From: a virus | Lineage: Duplodnaviria; Caudoviricetes | Virus record (IMG/VR): IMGVR_UViG_3300030095_006992 | Location: 1 to 44,110 of that record | Length of the DNA stretch: 44,110 bases | Strand: one strand, 5' to 3' | Part shown: piece by piece, positions 42,785 through 44,110 of the stretch | How the letters are laid out: every line of letters starts with the position of its first letter | Position numbering within the stretch: the stretch's first letter is position 1 | Translations under genes and position numbers: made by a program | Notes under the pieces: model-generated | Databases searched by the model: none | Told to the model about the DNA's origin: nothing | What the model saw: the letters and a program-made list of their open reading frames with translations, nothing else

Positions 42785-42835
42785 TTTCTAACTACATCTA
42801 GATAGATCTATTCTAAAGGCCTTATTCTTGTTAAT

Positions 42836-42863
42836 AAAAAAACCACCCCTTGAAGAGGTGGTT
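42836..42863 (-). terminator. Rho-independent terminator
   Basis: AACCACC/GGTGGTT stem with an adjacent A tract on + (U tract on -). Confidence 0.65.
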
Positions 42864-42870
42864 CAAACGA

Positions 42871-43101
42871 TCAGGCTGCACCGCCTCGAGTGACAGCATC
42901 ATTAAGAGGATCGAGGTCTTCACTCGTCCAGTAGGTCTTAGCAACCATGATCTGGAGATGCTCGACGTTGCGTGAAACTGTTGCTGTTTCTTCTTCGGTA
43001 CGACTGGACAGATCCATCAAGTCGTTAATGAGAGTGACGGAATCAAGAGCTGCCGAATAATGAGCGGCAATCTCGGTAGCGGTAGGTGCTTCGGTAGACA
43101 T
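42871..43101 (-). CDS. Small tail-fibre-associated protein
   Basis: EIAAHYSAALDSVTLIN...RNVEHLQIMVAK.YWTSEDL.PL..AV; directly downstream of a tail fibre. Confidence 0.7.
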   Translation of the reverse strand: MSTEAPTATEIAAHYSAALDSVTLINDLMDLSSRTEEETATVSRNVEHLQIMVAKTYWTSEDLDPLNDAVTRGGAA

Positions 43102-43126
43102 AGAAGGTTAGCGGGATGATTTGAGT

Positions 43127-44110
43127 CTACGCGCCTTTAAGCGCAGCGACTTCAGTTTTAAGATCATTGACCATTGTGGTCAGCTCTTGTACGGCGTTAA
43201 CCAGATACCAAGTCAAGTTATCCGGATCAACAGTCATTACGCCTGTAGATTCTGTTTTTACGCAGTCAGGTAAAGTTTCTTCTAGTTCTTGAGCTATTAC
43301 GCCAAGCTGAACGCCTGCCTTTGCTATCGCAAAATCTGTTTTAAGTTCGGTAACTTCCTCTGGCAAACGATATTCAAAGTTACGAACACGAATGTCGTTG
43401 ATTGCTGCCAACCCAGTTGTGTTGTCAAAAATGTTCTTTTTCAGTCGACGGTCGGAGGTAGTTGACCAACTAGACGAGTTGTTGCCTTGATAGACACCAC
43501 CACCTTCTGGATCAATAAACCCTGTGCTGTCACCTTTGCCGGTAGCGGTTGCACCTGAAGTAATAACCAACTGATTTTGGGCATGGCCAGAAGACGCTCT
43601 TGCATCCATACCAATTAAGACATTACGGGATCCAGTCGTTGGGCCAGTATTTTCTCCTGCGCTCCTACCTATGCAAGTATTTTGTGCCCCTGTTGTTAAT
43701 ATTAATCCAGCACCACGACCAACACAGACGTTATTTTCACCTGTAGTAATTGCTTGAGCAGAAGAGTTACCGAAAGCACAATTACCAAGTCCAGTTGTAC
43801 ATGTGCCAAGAGAACCATGACCGAAAGCATTGTTATCACTGCCTGTAGTATTTGCGTCAAGAGCTAGTCTCCCCACAGCTGTGTTGTGAGCACCAGTGGT
43901 GTTTGAAAGGAGAGCTGCGTATCCGGTAGCTACGTTGTTTGAACCAGTGGTGTTAGAATTAAGAGCATCTTTTCCGACAGCAGTGTTGTCACCCCCGGTG
44001 GTGTTCCAATACAACGCTGCCTTACCAAAAGCTACGTTGTTAGAACCAGTGGTATTGGCATGGAGAGCAAAGTAGCCTGTAGCAACGTTGTTAGAACCAG
44101 TTGTGTTAAG
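43127..44110 (-). CDS. Tail fibre with 17-aa NTTG..N.A.G..AL repeats and S74 chaperone, 5'-truncated by window edge
   Basis: Frame is open to base 44110 (LNTTGSNNVATGYFALHANTTG...); SDRRLKKNI...LGVIAQE. Confidence 0.85.
   Translation of the reverse strand, partial: LNTTGSNNVATGYFALHANTTGSNNVAFGKAALYWNTTGGDNTAVGKDALNSNTTGSNNVATGYAALLSNTTGAHNTAVGRLALDANTTGSDNNAFGHGSLGTCTTGLGNCAFGNSSAQAITTGENNVCVGRGAGLILTTGAQNTCIGRSAGENTGPTTGSRNVLIGMDARASSGHAQNQLVITSGATATGKGDSTGFIDPEGGGVYQGNNSSSWSTTSDRRLKKNIFDNTTGLAAINDIRVRNFEYRLPEEVTELKTDFAIAKAGVQLGVIAQELEETLPDCVKTESTGVMTVDPDNLTWYLVNAVQELTTMVNDLKTEVAALKGA

Overview
This 44-kb window is part of a dsDNA tailed phage genome, most likely a phage of picocyanobacteria (Synechococcus-type). 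Gene content resembles the S-EIV1-like lineage; this is inferred from the gene set, not from a database search. From left to right it contains: an early/host-takeover region (ArdC-like antirestriction protein, AT-hook protein, ThyX, NrdR-like Zn-ribbon protein, many small ORFs, a DUF4278 gene with an NtcA box); a replication/recombination module (T7-type PolA, dCMP deaminase, tandem-OB SSB, DUF5895-like protein, Gp157-like protein, PD-(D/E)XK exonuclease, Prim-Pol/SF3 primase-helicase) interrupted by an opposite-strand tail-fibre gene; a middle region with a large imperfect palindrome, several enzymes with degenerate catalytic motifs (tandem HNH, Dam-like MTase, GH24 lysozyme, C39 peptidase), an NblA-like gene (a weaker candidate lies in the replication module) and a prolyl-4-hydroxylase-like 2OG-Fe(II) oxygenase; and a cluster of signal-peptide proteins followed by two more tail fibres with S74 chaperone domains. 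The most notable signals are (1) nucleotide-level conserved junction repeats and a shared 43-bp downstream element in two distant tail-fibre genes, suggesting a module-shuffling receptor-binding system, (2) an NtcA-repressible IF17/DUF4278-like gene together with NblA-like genes, suggesting host nitrogen hijacking, and (3) a cluster of apparent pseudo-enzymes. No tRNA, rRNA, CRISPR array, integrase or reverse transcriptase was recognised.
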